Shown here one piece after another: positions 27,432-40,088 of a stretch of 64,000 bases of DNA. The DNA is from Octopus vulgaris (taxonomy: Eukaryota), in the NCBI GenBank assembly GCA_951406725.2, contig OX597818.1, positions 124,620,001 through 124,684,000 on the forward strand, given 5' to 3'. Position 1 is the first letter of the stretch. Every line of letters begins with the position of its first letter. The notes under the pieces were generated by a model, which did no database searches, had not been told where the DNA came from, and worked only from the letters and a program-made list of their open reading frames with translations. Position numbers and translations under genes: made by a program.

Positions 27432-27846
27432 CATCATCATCAATATCATCATCCTTTAATATGTTTTCCATGATGGCATGGGTTGAATGGTTAGACAAGA
27501 GCTGGCAAACCAGAGGGCTGTGCCAAGCTCTATTTTCCATTTTGGCATGGTTTTTATGGCTGGATATTCTACCTAACACCAACAGGGTTACAGAGTGTGC
27601 TGGGTGCTTTTTGCGTGGCACTGACAGGGTCACCGAGTGACTTGCAAGATAAGACAAAATCCCTTCAACTGGAGTAATATTGAGGGAAGAGGCTTTGTAC
27701 CAATTGATGAGAAGTTAACAGAATAAAAGTGGGTAGAGATAGGTATCTCACTATAAGAGGAGATACAAGGACACTCCAGTTGGGAGCAGAAGGAGAGAAA
27801 GAGAAACTTAGAGGGAAAGATAGAGATGGATAGAGTGAGAGAGATG

Positions 27847-27887
<41 letters not shown>

Positions 27888-27889
27888 AA

Positions 27890-28065
27890 TGTGACCGCGT
27901 GTGTACTGTTGGCGATTTTTTTCCTCCGTCTTCCCTTCTCTTGATCTTTATTTTTCCTATGTTTCTGACGAAGAGCTCCACTCAAAACGTTAAACCCTCC
28001 TTCTTCCATTCCTTCCTGAGCGTTCAATAATACTATATTTGTTCCACGTCCTCGCGTTGTGTTAT
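27890..28065 (+). mobile_element. Penelope-terminus-like small element with minimal hammerhead (CpG-decayed)
   Basis: GTTT-CTGACGA-A-GAGC tcc ACTC-AAAA-CG-TT-AAAC at 27961-27995. An inverted, damaged copy lies at 27148-27345. Confidence 0.65.
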
Positions 28066-28685
28066 TACTTCACTTTACCTCAGCAGAAGGGTCGTGTATT
28101 GAGAGTTACTTGATAACATCATTACTGCTGGTGCCACAAAAAAAAGCATCCAGTACACTCTGTAAAATGGTTGGCTTTAGAAACTATGCCAAAGTTCTTC
28201 TGAACTTAAGACTAAACTGAAGCTAGACTGAAACCAGACTGAAATCTGGACTGAATTCTAAATTGAAATGGAACCAAATGAAACCAAACTATCACTCTAT
28301 CTCTGTCTGTGTGTATGTCTCTGTTTATCTATCTATCTATCTATCTATTTATATGATGGATTCTCTTGTAGTGAACAACAGATGAGGGTTCACGAAAATA
28401 AAATGGTAATCAAGTTCTATGGACATGCATGTGTCTCTTGAGGTCTGCTGGTGCCTTGCAAACTTTTTGGTAAATGGAACAACATTAGGACACTATTTGC
28501 ATGAGTGCTTGTGGATCATTTACTCTGTGTTTTCTTGAGTGGACAGCAAAACTTATTTTGCTCTGTCCCATAAAACCATAATGACAGCTAATGTTTTCAT
28601 TTAGGGGAGCGGTGTTTTACCAACGTGCCTCTATGCTAGTATGAAGTTGGTTCCGATGTTGGAGTCGACTTTGCTCAATCTATTC

Positions 28686-31600
28686 CATCATCATCATTGT
28701 CATTTAACATCCATTGTCCATGCTGGCATTGGTTGGATGGTTTGACTAGGGCTGGTAAACTGGAAGGCTGCACTAGGCCCCAGTCTGATTCGGCATGGTT
28801 TTCTATGGCTGAATGCCCTTTCTAATGCCAACCACTCTGAAAGTGTAATGGGTGATTTTATGTGTCACCAGCACGAGTGCCATTTGCATGGCACCAGTAT
28901 CTGCCACAACCGTGATTTTTCTTGGCTTGATGGGTCTTCTTCACAAGTACGACATAATGTCAAAGGTCTCAATCATTGCTTCCATGAGACCCAACACTCA
29001 GAAGGAACTCAGCCACTTTGCCACCCTGAAGCCCAATCCTCGAAAGGAACACAGCCACTTTGCCACCCTGAGGCCCAATCCTCGAAAGGAACTCAGCCAC
29101 TTTGCCATCCTGAGGGCCAACACTCGAAAAGAACTCAGCCACTTTGCCACCCTGAGGGCCAACACTCGAAAAGAACTCAGCCACTTTGCCACCCTGAGGC
29201 CCAATCCTTGAAAGGAACTCAGCCACTTTGCCACCCTGAGGCCCAATGCTCGAAAGGAACTCAGCCACTTTGCCACCCTGAGGCCCAATCCTCAAAAGGA
29301 ACACAGCCACTTTGCCACCCTGAGGCCCAATCCTCGAAAGGAACTCGGCTACTTTGCCACCCTGAGGCCCAACACTCGAAAGGAACTCGGCCACTTTGCC
29401 ACCCTGAGGCCCAATCCTCGAAAGGAACTCAGCCACTTTGCCACCCTGAGGCCCAATGCTCGAAAGGAACTCAGCTACTTTGCCACCCTGAGGCCCAATG
29501 CTCGAAAGGAACTCAGCCATTTTGCCTCTGTGAAGCCCAACACTCAAAAGGTGCTCTTTACATGCCATTGGCATTGGTGCCAGTTACAGGACACCAGCAT
29601 CAGCCATGACTACGATTTCACTTGGCTTGACAGGTCTTGTCAAGCACAGTGTATTGCCAAAGGTTTTGGCCACTAGTCCTTGTCTCTATGAGGCTCAAAT
29701 TTCAAAGATCATGCTTCACCACTTCATCCCATGTCTTCCTAGGTTTACTTCTACCACAGGTTCCCTCCACAGTTAGAGATCAGCACTTCTTTACACAGCT
29801 GTTCTCATACATATGCATCACATGACCGTACCAGCACAGTTGTCTCTCTTGCACACCACATTTGATGCCCCTTATGCCTAATTTTTCTCTCAAGATACTT
29901 ACACTCTGTCGAACATGCACACTGACATTGCACATCCAGCAAAGCATACTGGCTTCATTTCTTTCAAGCCTACATATGTCCTCAGCTGTCACAGCCCATG
30001 TTTCACTGCCATGTAACATAACTGTTCACTCACAGGCATCATACAATTTGCCTTTCACTCTGATAGCGAAGCCTTTTGTTGCTAGCAGAGGTAGGAGCTC
30101 TCTGAACTCTGCCCAACCTAATCTTATTCTCAAAGCTATGCCCTTGGAGCATCCACCTCCACTACTAACTTGGTCACCTAGATAGCAGAAGCTATCAACT
30201 ACCGCTAGCTTCTTCCCCTGGCAGTTGATGGAGTCTATTTTCTACACATTTTCAGTGTTTATTGTACCTGTGCACCTTCCACATATAAAAGCTAGTTTCC
30301 CTTTTAACCCACCTCTGATATCGCTGCACCTTTTATGTGTCCAAAGCTTACATCGGGTGCATCTTATGGAGTTTCTACCTACATCTTTTCTACTGATTGA
30401 GCAGGGCCATCTACTTGACAGGATTTGTGGTTTGTCTGCCTTCCTGCTCACCAAGACTTTGGTTTTTGCTAGGTTAACTCTAAGGTCCTTCGATTTTAGA
30501 CCTTGCTTCCATGCCTGAAACATCTCTAGTTCTGGTAGTGATTCAGCAATAAAAGCAAGGTCATCAGCATAGAGGAGCTCCCAGGGGCAGCCTATCTTAA
30601 ATTCCTCTGTTATTGCCTGAAGGACTATGATGAACAAGAAAGGGCTGAGTACCAATCCTTGATGAGCCCCTACTTCTGAATTTTTCCCTGTACTCATTGC
30701 TAATCCTCATCTTGTGGGTAGCATCCCTGTACATAGCTTGTACAGCTCTCACCAACCACTTGTCTATCCCTAGTTTCTGCATTGACCACCAGATAAGGGA
30801 TCAGGAGACCCTGTCAAAGGCTTTCTCCAAGTCAACAAAGGTCAAGTACAGAGGTTTATCTTTGGCTATGTATTTCTCTTGCAGCTGTCTTACCAGAAAT
30901 ATAGCATCAGTGGTGCTTCTCCCAGGCACAAAACCAAACTGCATCTCATCTAGACTAACTCTCCCTAATTAGTTGTGCTATGACTCTCTCTGTAATTTTC
31001 ATCCCCTGATCCAACAATTTGATACCTCTGTAATTATTTCTATCTAAGGCATCACCTTTACCTTTGTAGCAGTTGACTATGGTACTGCTACACCATTCAT
31101 TGGGTATGACTCCTTTGTGAACCACCTGATTTATAATACAGGTAACTAGACCATAACCCATCCCACCAGATATTTTAAGCATCTCAGCAGTGATTCCTGA
31201 TGGGCCAGGGGCTTTCCCTGTTTTCATATCCTTAATTGCATTATCTACCAAGGAACTATCATTTTGGTTAGCTGGTCTCTCAATTGGGTCAACATTTGGC
31301 AGACTCTCCTCCTCTCATTCATTCTCTACATTCAGCAGCCTTTCATAAGGACATTTCCAAGTATCTTTCTCTGCAGAATCATTAAATGCAAATGCACCAT
31401 CATCCATACAGACACATTTCTCTCCAATGGCATCACGATTTTCTCTCACACACTGTCTTGCAATCTGAAACACTTCAATTCTTTGGTCCACATGTCACTG
31501 AACATAGGCAAACTTCCTCTTTTCTGCTTCTCCCTTGGCTAGATATACCTGTCTCCTAGCTTCCCTTCTGGCTATCTAATACAGTTTCCTGCTACTCCCA

Positions 31601-31800
31601 CTCTTCCAGGCCTGTTTCTTTGGTCTAATGGCCCTGCCCACTGCATCGTTCCACCACCATGTTACCCTAGGTTTGGATGGGACTTTGCACCAGCTGCAGA
31701 TTTGGTCTTTGGAACTCCCAGTTGCGCTCTATGTCACAAGTCTGTAGCTCGTCTTCCCTCTCATCAAATTTTGCCATTAGGATGTCCCTAAATCTCTCAC
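28686..31800 (-). mobile_element. 5'-truncated RTE-clade LINE (same family), frameshifted
   Basis: GKAPGPSGITAEMLK, NYRGIKLL, HQGLVLSPFLF, YADDL, LHGSETW; (GAT)n tail; 42-bp array in the 3' UTR. Confidence 0.93.
28995..29550. repeat. 42-bp tandem array, about 13 units
   Basis: Unit AAGGAACTCAGCCACTTTGCCACCCTGAGGCCCAATCCTCGA. Confidence 0.95.
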
Positions 31801-31888
31801 CATATATATATATATATTTGTCTATTGATTCTATTTAATATACTTGTATAATATAATTTATATAATATAATTGTATAAATATATATCT

Positions 31889-31993
31889 AATGTGATTAAG
31901 CATAACAACTAAATGCCTACTGTAATTAAGCATAACAACTAAATGACCAATGTGACTAAGCGTAACAACTAAACGCCCAATGTGATTAAGCAT
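31889..31993. repeat. 30-bp minisatellite, about 3.5 units
   Basis: Unit AATGTGATTAAGCATAACAACTAAATGCCT. Confidence 0.9.
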
Positions 31994-31995
31994 TA

Positions 31996-32335
31996 TCATC
32001 ATCATCATCATTTAGCGTCCGCTTTCCATGCTAGCATGGGTTGGACGGTTCAACTGGGGTCTGGGAGGCCCGAAGGCTACACCAGGCCCAGTCTGATCTG
32101 GCAATGTTTCTATGGCTGGATGCCCTTCCTAACGCCAACCACTCCATGAGTGTAGTGGGTGCTTTTTACGTGCCACCAGCATGGGGGCCAGGCGAGGCTG
32201 GCAACGGCCACGATCAGATGGTGCTTTTTACGTGCCACTGGCACGGGGGCCAGTCGAGGCTGGTAATGGCCACGATCAGATGGTGCTTTTTACGTGCCAC
32301 CGGCACGGGGGCCAGGCAAGGCTGGCAATGGCAAC
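31996..32335 (-). mobile_element. RTE 3'-UTR-only copy (one of more than 12 in the window)
   Basis: (CAT)n then TTTAGCGTCCGCTTTCCATGCTAGCATGGG... Others at about 5150, 7130(+), 16755(+), 24056, 34110(+), 35132, 43975(+), 58366 and 61518. Confidence 0.85.
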
Positions 32336-32505
32336 TAAGATCAACTTGTCTAAAGTCTGTGACACTATTAAGACATGAGACATTTAATGACATTTAACTG
32401 CAAAAATACTATATTCATACACACACACATACACACACACACACACACACAATGGTTATAATGGTAGTTATGATAATTGTAATATTGTAGGAATTGATGA
32501 AATAC

Positions 32506-32590
32506 CTTATATCCTCGCCAAAATGACTGTATCACAATACATGCCTCTTCGTCACTCCATAGCAAAGATTTTGGTAATGCTACTCGGGTA
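32506..32590 (-). CDS. IQCK: IQCK-like coding exon (85 bp) with IQ motif: TRVALPKSLLWSDEEACIVIQSFWRGYK
   Basis: atctcatttcAG|TACCCGA...GGATATAAG|GTattt. Carries the IQxxxRGxxxR motif (IQSFWRGYKVR across the junction). Confidence 0.95.
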
Positions 32591-33889
32591 CTGAAATGAG
32601 ATTGAGAACTGGTGTCAGACAAGGAGGAGAAAAAAAACAACAGGCAAACATGTAAACAACACCATCCCAACAACTATCATCTTTACCACTATTATCACTA
32701 CCACCACCACCACCACCACCATCACCACCAACAGCAACAACAACAACAACACCACCAACACCACCACCACCACCTACAACAACAACACCACCAACAACAA
32801 CAACACCACCACCATAATCACAAACACCTTTACTAAATTCATCACCACCACCACCTACAACACTATCATCATCATCAACATCAGTATCACCTACATCACT
32901 GCCACCACCACCATCACATCATCATCATCATCATCATCATCGTGGTTGTCATCATCAGTTATTGTCGTCATCATCATTATCATTATCACTGTTGCCATCA
33001 TCATCATCATTACATCATCACCATGACTACCACCACCACCGTTACCATCTCACTGTCACCATCAAATGAAGGGGCCTTTCTGTGGTACTTTCACTGCCTT
33101 GAAATAACAGCCAAGTCCCTCTCAGATAACACACACCAGTTTAAAGACTGGAAGGATGCATATTGGATAATGTAATCTTAAATAAGTCCAAAAAAAGAGG
33201 AACGATTAAGTGGTCAGGGCTGGGAAGCCTTTTGACCATAGGTCTGCTGAATCAGGTCTGGTCTGACCTAGGGCTAAACAGCACCAACAGTAGCAGCAGC
33301 AGCAGCTGCCGTTCAAGAATTTGGACCTGGAGATCTCCATTTCCAGCGACTTCGAGGGCCACCTCCCAGTGGTGTCGGGTGTCAACGAAGAGCCCTCGAC
33401 TACAACAAGACGACCAAAGTTTTTTTTTTTCCAAGGTCTGGGGTCCCCTGCCCCTAAGCCCTAGACCATCACCTAATCAACCTTTCCGGTCTTGTTGCTT
33501 AACAACAACAGCAGTAGCTACCTCTACCACTGTGATTTTCCATGTCATCATTACTACCTCCACTTCTACAGTTTCATCCTCATCATCATCATCACTACCT
33601 TGAAGAATTTTTTTCAAAATAATGATTTGGGGGGATTTTATACCTTTAGCCAAATAGTCTGATATTTTGGTTTTGTAATAATGTTTTTGACAGAATAATA
33701 TTCTGTGTCTGGAGTTATGTTTTGTCATATGGAGCCAGAAAGATGGGTGGAAGGGAGGAAGAAAGAGGGGAAAATGATAAACAGAGAGGTGTAGGGGAGA
33801 AAGACAGTGAAGTAACACATGCATGCACACACACTCGCACACACGCACACACACACATACATACTTACATATATACATACATACATTCT

Positions 33890-34079
33890 TGAAGCACTCC
33901 GTCGGTTACGACGACGAGGGTTCCGGTTGATCCGAATCACCACCATCCCCTGCCAGAGCCTCGTGGAGCTTTAGGTGTTTTCGCTCAATAAACACTCACA
34001 ACGCCCGGTCTGGGAATCGAAACCGCGATCCTATGACCGCAAGTCCGCTGCCCTAACCACTGGGCCATTGCGCCTCCAC
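33890..34079 (-). mobile_element. SINE family 1, internally deleted
   Basis: Head and tail joined at an ATCA microhomology near 33936-33939. Confidence 0.88.
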
Positions 34080-34369
34080 ACATACATACATACCCCTATT
34101 TTCAAACTGAATTAAAAAGCACCATTTGAGCATGGCCGTTGCCAGTACCACCTAACTGGCCCTCATGCCGGTGGCTCGTAAAAGCACCCACTACATTCTC
34201 AGAGTGGTTGGCGTTAGGAAGGGCATCCAGCTGTAGAAACTCTGCCAGATCAGATTGGAGTCTATTGCAGCCATCTGGTTCACCAGACCTTAGTCAAATC
34301 ATCCAACCCATGCAGGCATGGAAAGCGGACATTAAATGATGATGATGATGATGATGATGAATTAAGCTA

Positions 34370-35131
34370 TCAACAGGCATATTCCAGGGTGATAGCCCAT
34401 CCGTAATGCTGCTTGTACCGGCAGTGAATCCTTTGTCAGCCTGGTTAACAAAATTCCAAGGTTACATGCTGGGATATGCAGAAAAGAATAAAGTTAATAA
34501 CTGCCGCGTGGAAGGTGTTTATAAGCCTGAAGTTTTGTCAGTGAACAGGTCGCGGTCCCAAAGCGACGAAAATATTTTGACAAATTAAATTTAAATGTTG
34601 GAGTGAATCTAATGGTTTTAATATTTTTCTTAAATGGCTTATAAACACCTTCCACGCTGCAATTGTTTTCATTCCAGCACACGATCTCAGATCAAGTCAC
34701 TCGCTATGCAAGTACATCTCCGTAATAAAGTTAATGTTACACACATATTTTTTGTTGAAAGCCTAAAGTTATATTCTGGTAACATGACCAACAAACATTA
34801 AGAGACAATTAGATCTCACAACATTCACACAAGATATAGGAATGGAGTTTAAGCAAGATAAATGTTCATATCAAGGAAAGATTGATGACCAGGCAAAGAA
34901 CGTGTACATCAATAACTTGCCTATCTCCACTGTCTCTAATGAGACCTCAAAATCAATGAGAATGTTGCATACATTGGTGCTGTAACTAAAGCCAGAATAA
35001 CAAAAGAGTAATTCCGTAGACTTGGGAAAATATGGAACACAGAGCTGTCTGCATTTAACAAAACCATATCTCACAATGCTTTTGCAGTACCAGAGCTAGT
35101 ACCAACATTTGGGATATTGGATTGGATACAC

Positions 35132-35167
<36 letters not shown>

Positions 35168-35785
35168 AATCATCATCATCATCATCATCACCACCATCAT
35201 CATCAGTTAACATCCGCTTTCCATGCTAGCATGGGTTGAACGGTTTGACTGAGGACTGGCGAGCCAGATGGCTTAACCAGGCTCCAATCTGATCTGGGAT
35301 CAGGCAAAGTTTCTACAGTTGGATGCCCTTCCTAACACCAACCACTCCGAGAGTGTAGTGGGTGCTTTTATGTGCCACTGGCATGAGGACCATTCAGGCA
35401 GTACTGGCAATGGCCATACTCAAATGCTGTATTTTTACGTACCACCTGCACAGGAGCCAGTCCAGTAGCACTGGCAATGACCTAGCTCGAATGTTGTTTT
35501 TCACATGCCACTGGCACAAGTGCCAGTAAGGTGACACTGGTAATGATCACGCTCAAATGGTGCATTTTATGTGCCACCGGCACGGGAGCCAGTCAGTGGC
35601 CCTGGCAACGATCATGCTCGGATGGTGCTCTTAGTGCTCCACTTGCACAGATGCTAGTCATGCAGTGCTATCATCGAATTTATGCAAACTAGACATCAAA
35701 ACAGAAAGGTACTGACCATCACTGCCAACTTCCTCATTAACAGTGACACCAATAGGATTTATGTGAGATGAAATGATGGGTGTCT
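34370..35785 (+). mobile_element. Degenerate R4/Dong-like LINE RT fragment, interrupted twice
   Basis: GIFQGDSPSVMLLVPAVNPLS, TFTQDIGMEFKQDKC, IWNTELSAFNKTISHNAFAVPELVPTFGILDW, LDIKT. Confidence 0.75.
34499..34723. mobile_element. Truncated fold-back MITE inside the R4/Dong fragment
   Basis: 22-bp inverted repeat GCGTGGAAGGTGTTTATAAGCC (34507-34528 / 34637-34658), flanked by the direct repeat AATAAAGTTAAT. Confidence 0.65.
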
Positions 35786-35899
35786 ATCCATAGTAACCAT
35801 AGAGCTTGATAAGTCTTCTGACTTGCCAAATCCTACCAAACCATCCATTTCATACCAACATGGAAGGAAGGTGTTAAATGATGAAGATGATGATGAAAG

Positions 35900-35936
<37 letters not shown>

Positions 35937-36209
35937 AGAGAAAGAGAGAGAGTAAAAGAGAGGTAAATGGAAACAGAGAGAGAGAGAGAGAAAAAAATAA
36001 GAAGGGAAAGTGAAACTGCAAGTGAGAGCTGTCAAATGTAACATATTGGAAGTAAACAGAAAAGTTGATATAAAAGCATAGTAGACAACAGAATATATGT
36101 AGAATATTGTTGGGTGGCATCATGCCTATGCAGCAGGGAGAATGCAGGACACAACAACAATAGTAACAACAATAAAAAGATTAATATGAAAATAAGATTT
36201 GATATTTAC

Positions 36210-36287
36210 TGGTCTTTAAGCCATTCTTTAACAAATGGAATATCCCACAAAGTAACGTCCTGCCGATCATTATAATTTGGATTGTTC
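36210..36287 (-). CDS. IQCK: IQCK-like coding exon (78 bp): NNPNYNDRQDVTLWDIPFVKEWLKD(H)
   Basis: catatttctAG|GAACAATCCA...AAAGACCA|GTaaat. Matches IQCK NQNPKR...IPFVEERLKQH. Phases 2/2 fit both neighbours. Confidence 0.92.
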
Positions 36288-36299
36288 CTAGAAATATGA

Positions 36300-36300
<1 letters not shown>

Positions 36301-36386
<86 letters not shown>

Positions 36387-36437
36387 AATAATAGCAATAA
36401 TAATAAAAATAATAATGATAATGATAATAATAATAGC

Positions 36438-36470
<33 letters not shown>

Positions 36471-36479
36471 AATAATGGC

Positions 36480-36514
<35 letters not shown>

Positions 36515-36585
36515 TAATAATAGCAATAATAATAATAATAATAATAACAACAACAACAACAACAACAACGACGACGACGACGATG

Positions 36586-36636
<51 letters not shown>

Positions 36637-36665
36637 GTAATAGCAATAATAATAATAATAGCAGC

Positions 36666-36699
<34 letters not shown>
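36301..36699. repeat. ~400-bp (AAT)n-type trinucleotide array
   Basis: Direct inspection. Confidence 0.95.
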
Positions 36700-36702
<3 letters not shown>

Positions 36703-37256
36703 GCCCTGATGCAGTACCAGGCAGAGGCTCTCATGGCTCCTGATCTTAACTGATTGGAAGTGTTATCATGTACATTGTTTTGTTTTGGTATAAAAGATGG
36801 GCTACAGCAAATATTCTGCTCAATACCACAGATTTGCTTGTCAGTTGTTTGACCGTAACCAGTTGAGCATGTCCCTTAGTGGCTGACGATATGTGCATCT
36901 CTGACCACGAGCAGAAGTAGTGGGGGAGCATCATAGCCATGTGTTGAGAGGGATTCTTTGGGGTTTGAATAATTCACCTCTGAAAACAAGGGTGGTTCTT
37001 TCAACATCCTTAAACAACCCTTATTCAGGGACCTTTTGAGCGGGATGGGCTACTCAACCTGAAGAAAATTCTAACTGGGCCCCACCTGCAAGGTCATGTG
37101 CTGTTTATCTTGATATGAGATCACCATGTCACGCACATATGGTTGTGATGCATGTGCCTGGTGTACCTTTATCAGACGGGTAGTCATGATGGGTATATTG
37201 GGCTTTGTATATTTTACCCCAGTGTCACTTTGATGGCATGCACTGCTCTCTCACTC

Positions 37257-37257
<1 letters not shown>
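36700..37257. mobile_element. ~560-bp non-coding element embedded in (AAT)n
   Basis: Complex-sequence block bounded on both sides by AAT arrays; no meaningful ORF. Confidence 0.55.
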
Positions 37258-37291
<34 letters not shown>

Positions 37292-37380
37292 TAACAACAA
37301 CAACAACAATAACGATGATGATGATGATGATAATAATAACAATAACAACAATAATAACAATAATGATGATGATGATGATG

Positions 37381-39300
37381 ATTTCTTTTATTGACTACCA
37401 GGGCCCAAGGCATGGAGGACAATATCAAACAACAAGGTACCACACAAAAACAGGTAGGGTTTACATCGATCAAAGGGGGGCACTACAACATAAAAGGATA
37501 TAACAAAGGATATATGAACAGAAGTTAGAGGAATAAATAATAAATAAAGAAAGAAAGAAATAGAATCCCCAATAGTGGGGCAGTCCACTTAGGGTAACTC
37601 AAGATAAGCCCCATGCAAAAGTCCCAGATTACTCAGCCATCCCCAAGGCATGGGAAGTGCCATCTTCCAGTTTCTTTCCTCCTACTCAGAAAAACATACT
37701 CAGAGTAGATCCGTGGCTTATCAATGTATACAGTGGATTTCTTTGTCTTGGGTGTCGGGAAGACACTCAGCAAGAAATGGAAACAAAATTGAAAGAAGAA
37801 GAGGAATAAATAATAATAGTAATAGTAATAATAATAATGATGATGATGATGATGATGATAATGGTTTCAAATTTTGTCACAAGGGTAGCAGATTTGGGGC
37901 AGGGATGAGTCAGTCACATCGACCCCAGTGTTCAACTGGTACTTATTTTATTGACCCCAAAAGGATGAAAAATGAAGTCAACCTTGAGGGAATCTGAACT
38001 CAGAGCGTAGCGACAGGCTAACAATTCTGCCAGTTTGCCACCTGAATATGATGATGATGAAGATGAAGAGGAGGAGAAGAAGAAGAGCAACAACAAAAAC
38101 AACAACAACAATAACATCAACAACAGTAGTTCCTAATTTACACACAAGGCCAATGATTTTTGATGGGAGGGGATTTGTTGATATGCTTGACCCCAGTACT
38201 TGACAGGTGCTCTATTGACCTGGTGGGGATGAAAAGCAGCATTGACCTTGGCAGGATTTGGACCCAGAACAAAAAGAATCTGGAATAAACACCACAAGAC
38301 ATTTCTCTTCATTAGAGCACATTAGTTTCATTCCTTTCTAGTCTTCTTATGTCCTCTGCCTTCAAGGCCTATGTCCTCTGCCTTTTACTCTGAGGGAGAG
38401 AATATTTCTTACCAAAAGTGGAAATAATTCCCTGAACTTTTGCCAGCCTCTTCTTATTCTAGCAATTATACATTTTTACTACAGCTTCCTCCCTTGCTAA
38501 TTTGGTCACTTAGGTAACAGAAACTATCTACTAACTCTAGAAAACCTCCTGGGCATTGGAGAGAATCTACTTCCTAAGTTTATTGCTTCCGTACATCTAC
38601 CGCACACGGAGTCTACTTTCTCTGTCAACCTTGCCCTGATTGTAAGGAGATGCAAAATGTGCAAAACCAATGCATCTGTGAATCAAAGAGATCTACTGCG
38701 TGAGAATGTGCTTCACAAATGGTGACCCTTGACCCCCTTCTCATGCCCATGCACATCATCTCAAAATCTCTGCAGACTAATGGGCCTCAATACCTACTTA
38801 CATTTAATGGACTATAGCATCCCATCCCATTCATACAGAGAATGCTGGCGATAGACTGACATATTTGATAAATGAAATTTTGCCTTCCCATAAGAAATGG
38901 AAGATTAGATGATTCAATTTGGTCAGATATGGCATGAGACAAGGCACATAGACCAGGAGATAATAAATTAGAGGCTATATAGGTGTTTGCCTCTACTGTT
39001 CTGACCATTCAGGAGTAGCTAACTTCCACTGAGCCCATCTCTGAGTGAACCTGATTGCCCTCTTCGAAACCACATTCCAGTTCCTGTGCACCAGGATTTC
39101 TGGACTGAACCATATCCTGAGCACTTTAACTAGAGAATCCATTCAACGAGAGATTACACTTTGAGGTGCCAAGTTGCAAGCCCACCTTGATACCTAATGT
39201 GTCTAACACCATGATACTGATGTCATCTGTGCATGTTGACATAATGCTTCATTGTCCCTGTTCAAGCAATGCACCTCAGCTTCTGCAGCAATGGCTCAGG
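37381..39300 (-). mobile_element. Fragments of an L1/Tx1-type LINE (3' UTR about 37381-37650, RT about 38650-39300) with younger insertions between
   Basis: Minus-strand TCTDDISIMV, IWFSPEILVHRNWNVVSKRAIRFTQRW, VEANTYIAS; 3' end CAATAAAAGAAAT. Confidence 0.6.
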
Positions 39301-39496
39301 AGCCAAAATGTATTGAAGTAATTAGAAAGAATACTCTAGAAAGAATGAGCTTGCAATACCAAACAACTCCAAATGGTGGCCAATTATGGCCACCACTTAA
39401 CGGAACCCTTTGCATAATACTGTAATACAGCTTCTGAACACTTGATCAAAACAGACAACTCTATGCGGCAGGTATTTAAAGGGAAAAATTTGACAA

Positions 39497-39913
39497 GGCG
39501 CAGGAGTGGCTGTGTGGTAAGTAGCTTGCTAACCAACCACATGGTTCCGGGTTCAGTCCCACTGCGTGGCATCTTGGGCAAGTGTCTTCTGCTATAGTCC
39601 CGGGCCGACCAATGCCTTGTGAGTTGATTTGGTAGACGGAAACTGAAAGAAGCCTGTCGTATATATGTATATATATATATGTGTGTGTATGTGTTTGTGT
39701 GTCTGTGTTTGTCACCCTAGCATTGCTTGACAACCGATGCTGGTGTGTTTACGTCCCCGTCACTTAGCGGTTCAGCAAAAGAGACCGATAGAATAAGTAC
39801 TGGGCTTACAAAGAATAAGTCCCGGGGTCGATTTGCTCGACTAAAGGCGGTGCTCCAGCATGGCCACAGTCAAATGACTGAAACAAGTAAAAGAGTAAAA
39901 GAGTAAAGAGTAA
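39497..39913 (+). mobile_element. tRNA-derived SINE family 3 with internal TA/TG microsatellite and (GTAAAAGA)n tail
   Basis: TGGCTGTGTGGT A box, GGTTCAGTCCC B box. Other copies at 13165-13570, 19756-20260, 47645-48095(-), with fragments at 19462-19600, 51340-51480 and 54430-54580. Confidence 0.9.
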
Positions 39914-40043
39914 GACAGTCAGTCACCGGCTGACACTCGCTGACAATACATCGAAGAGGCCAGGGAACAGAAGAAAGAACACACGCACCCAACACCAGAA
40001 GCTGAAGACACCTCCAAAAGGAAGGACCCCGCAACGTCAAAAC

Positions 40044-40088
40044 GGTAGAGGAGTAGGGGCCGAAACCAGACGTGGTTCCTCCTGATGA
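40044..40088 (+). ncRNA. Reverse-order hammerhead-like motif, family B
   Basis: GG-TA-GAGGAG-taggggcc-GAAA-CC-agacgtgg-TTCCTC-CTGATGA. Confidence 0.5.

Noticed and set aside
28995-29550. CRISPR-like regular repeats
   Set aside because: Contiguous 42-bp units without unique spacers, eukaryotic context, no cas genes.
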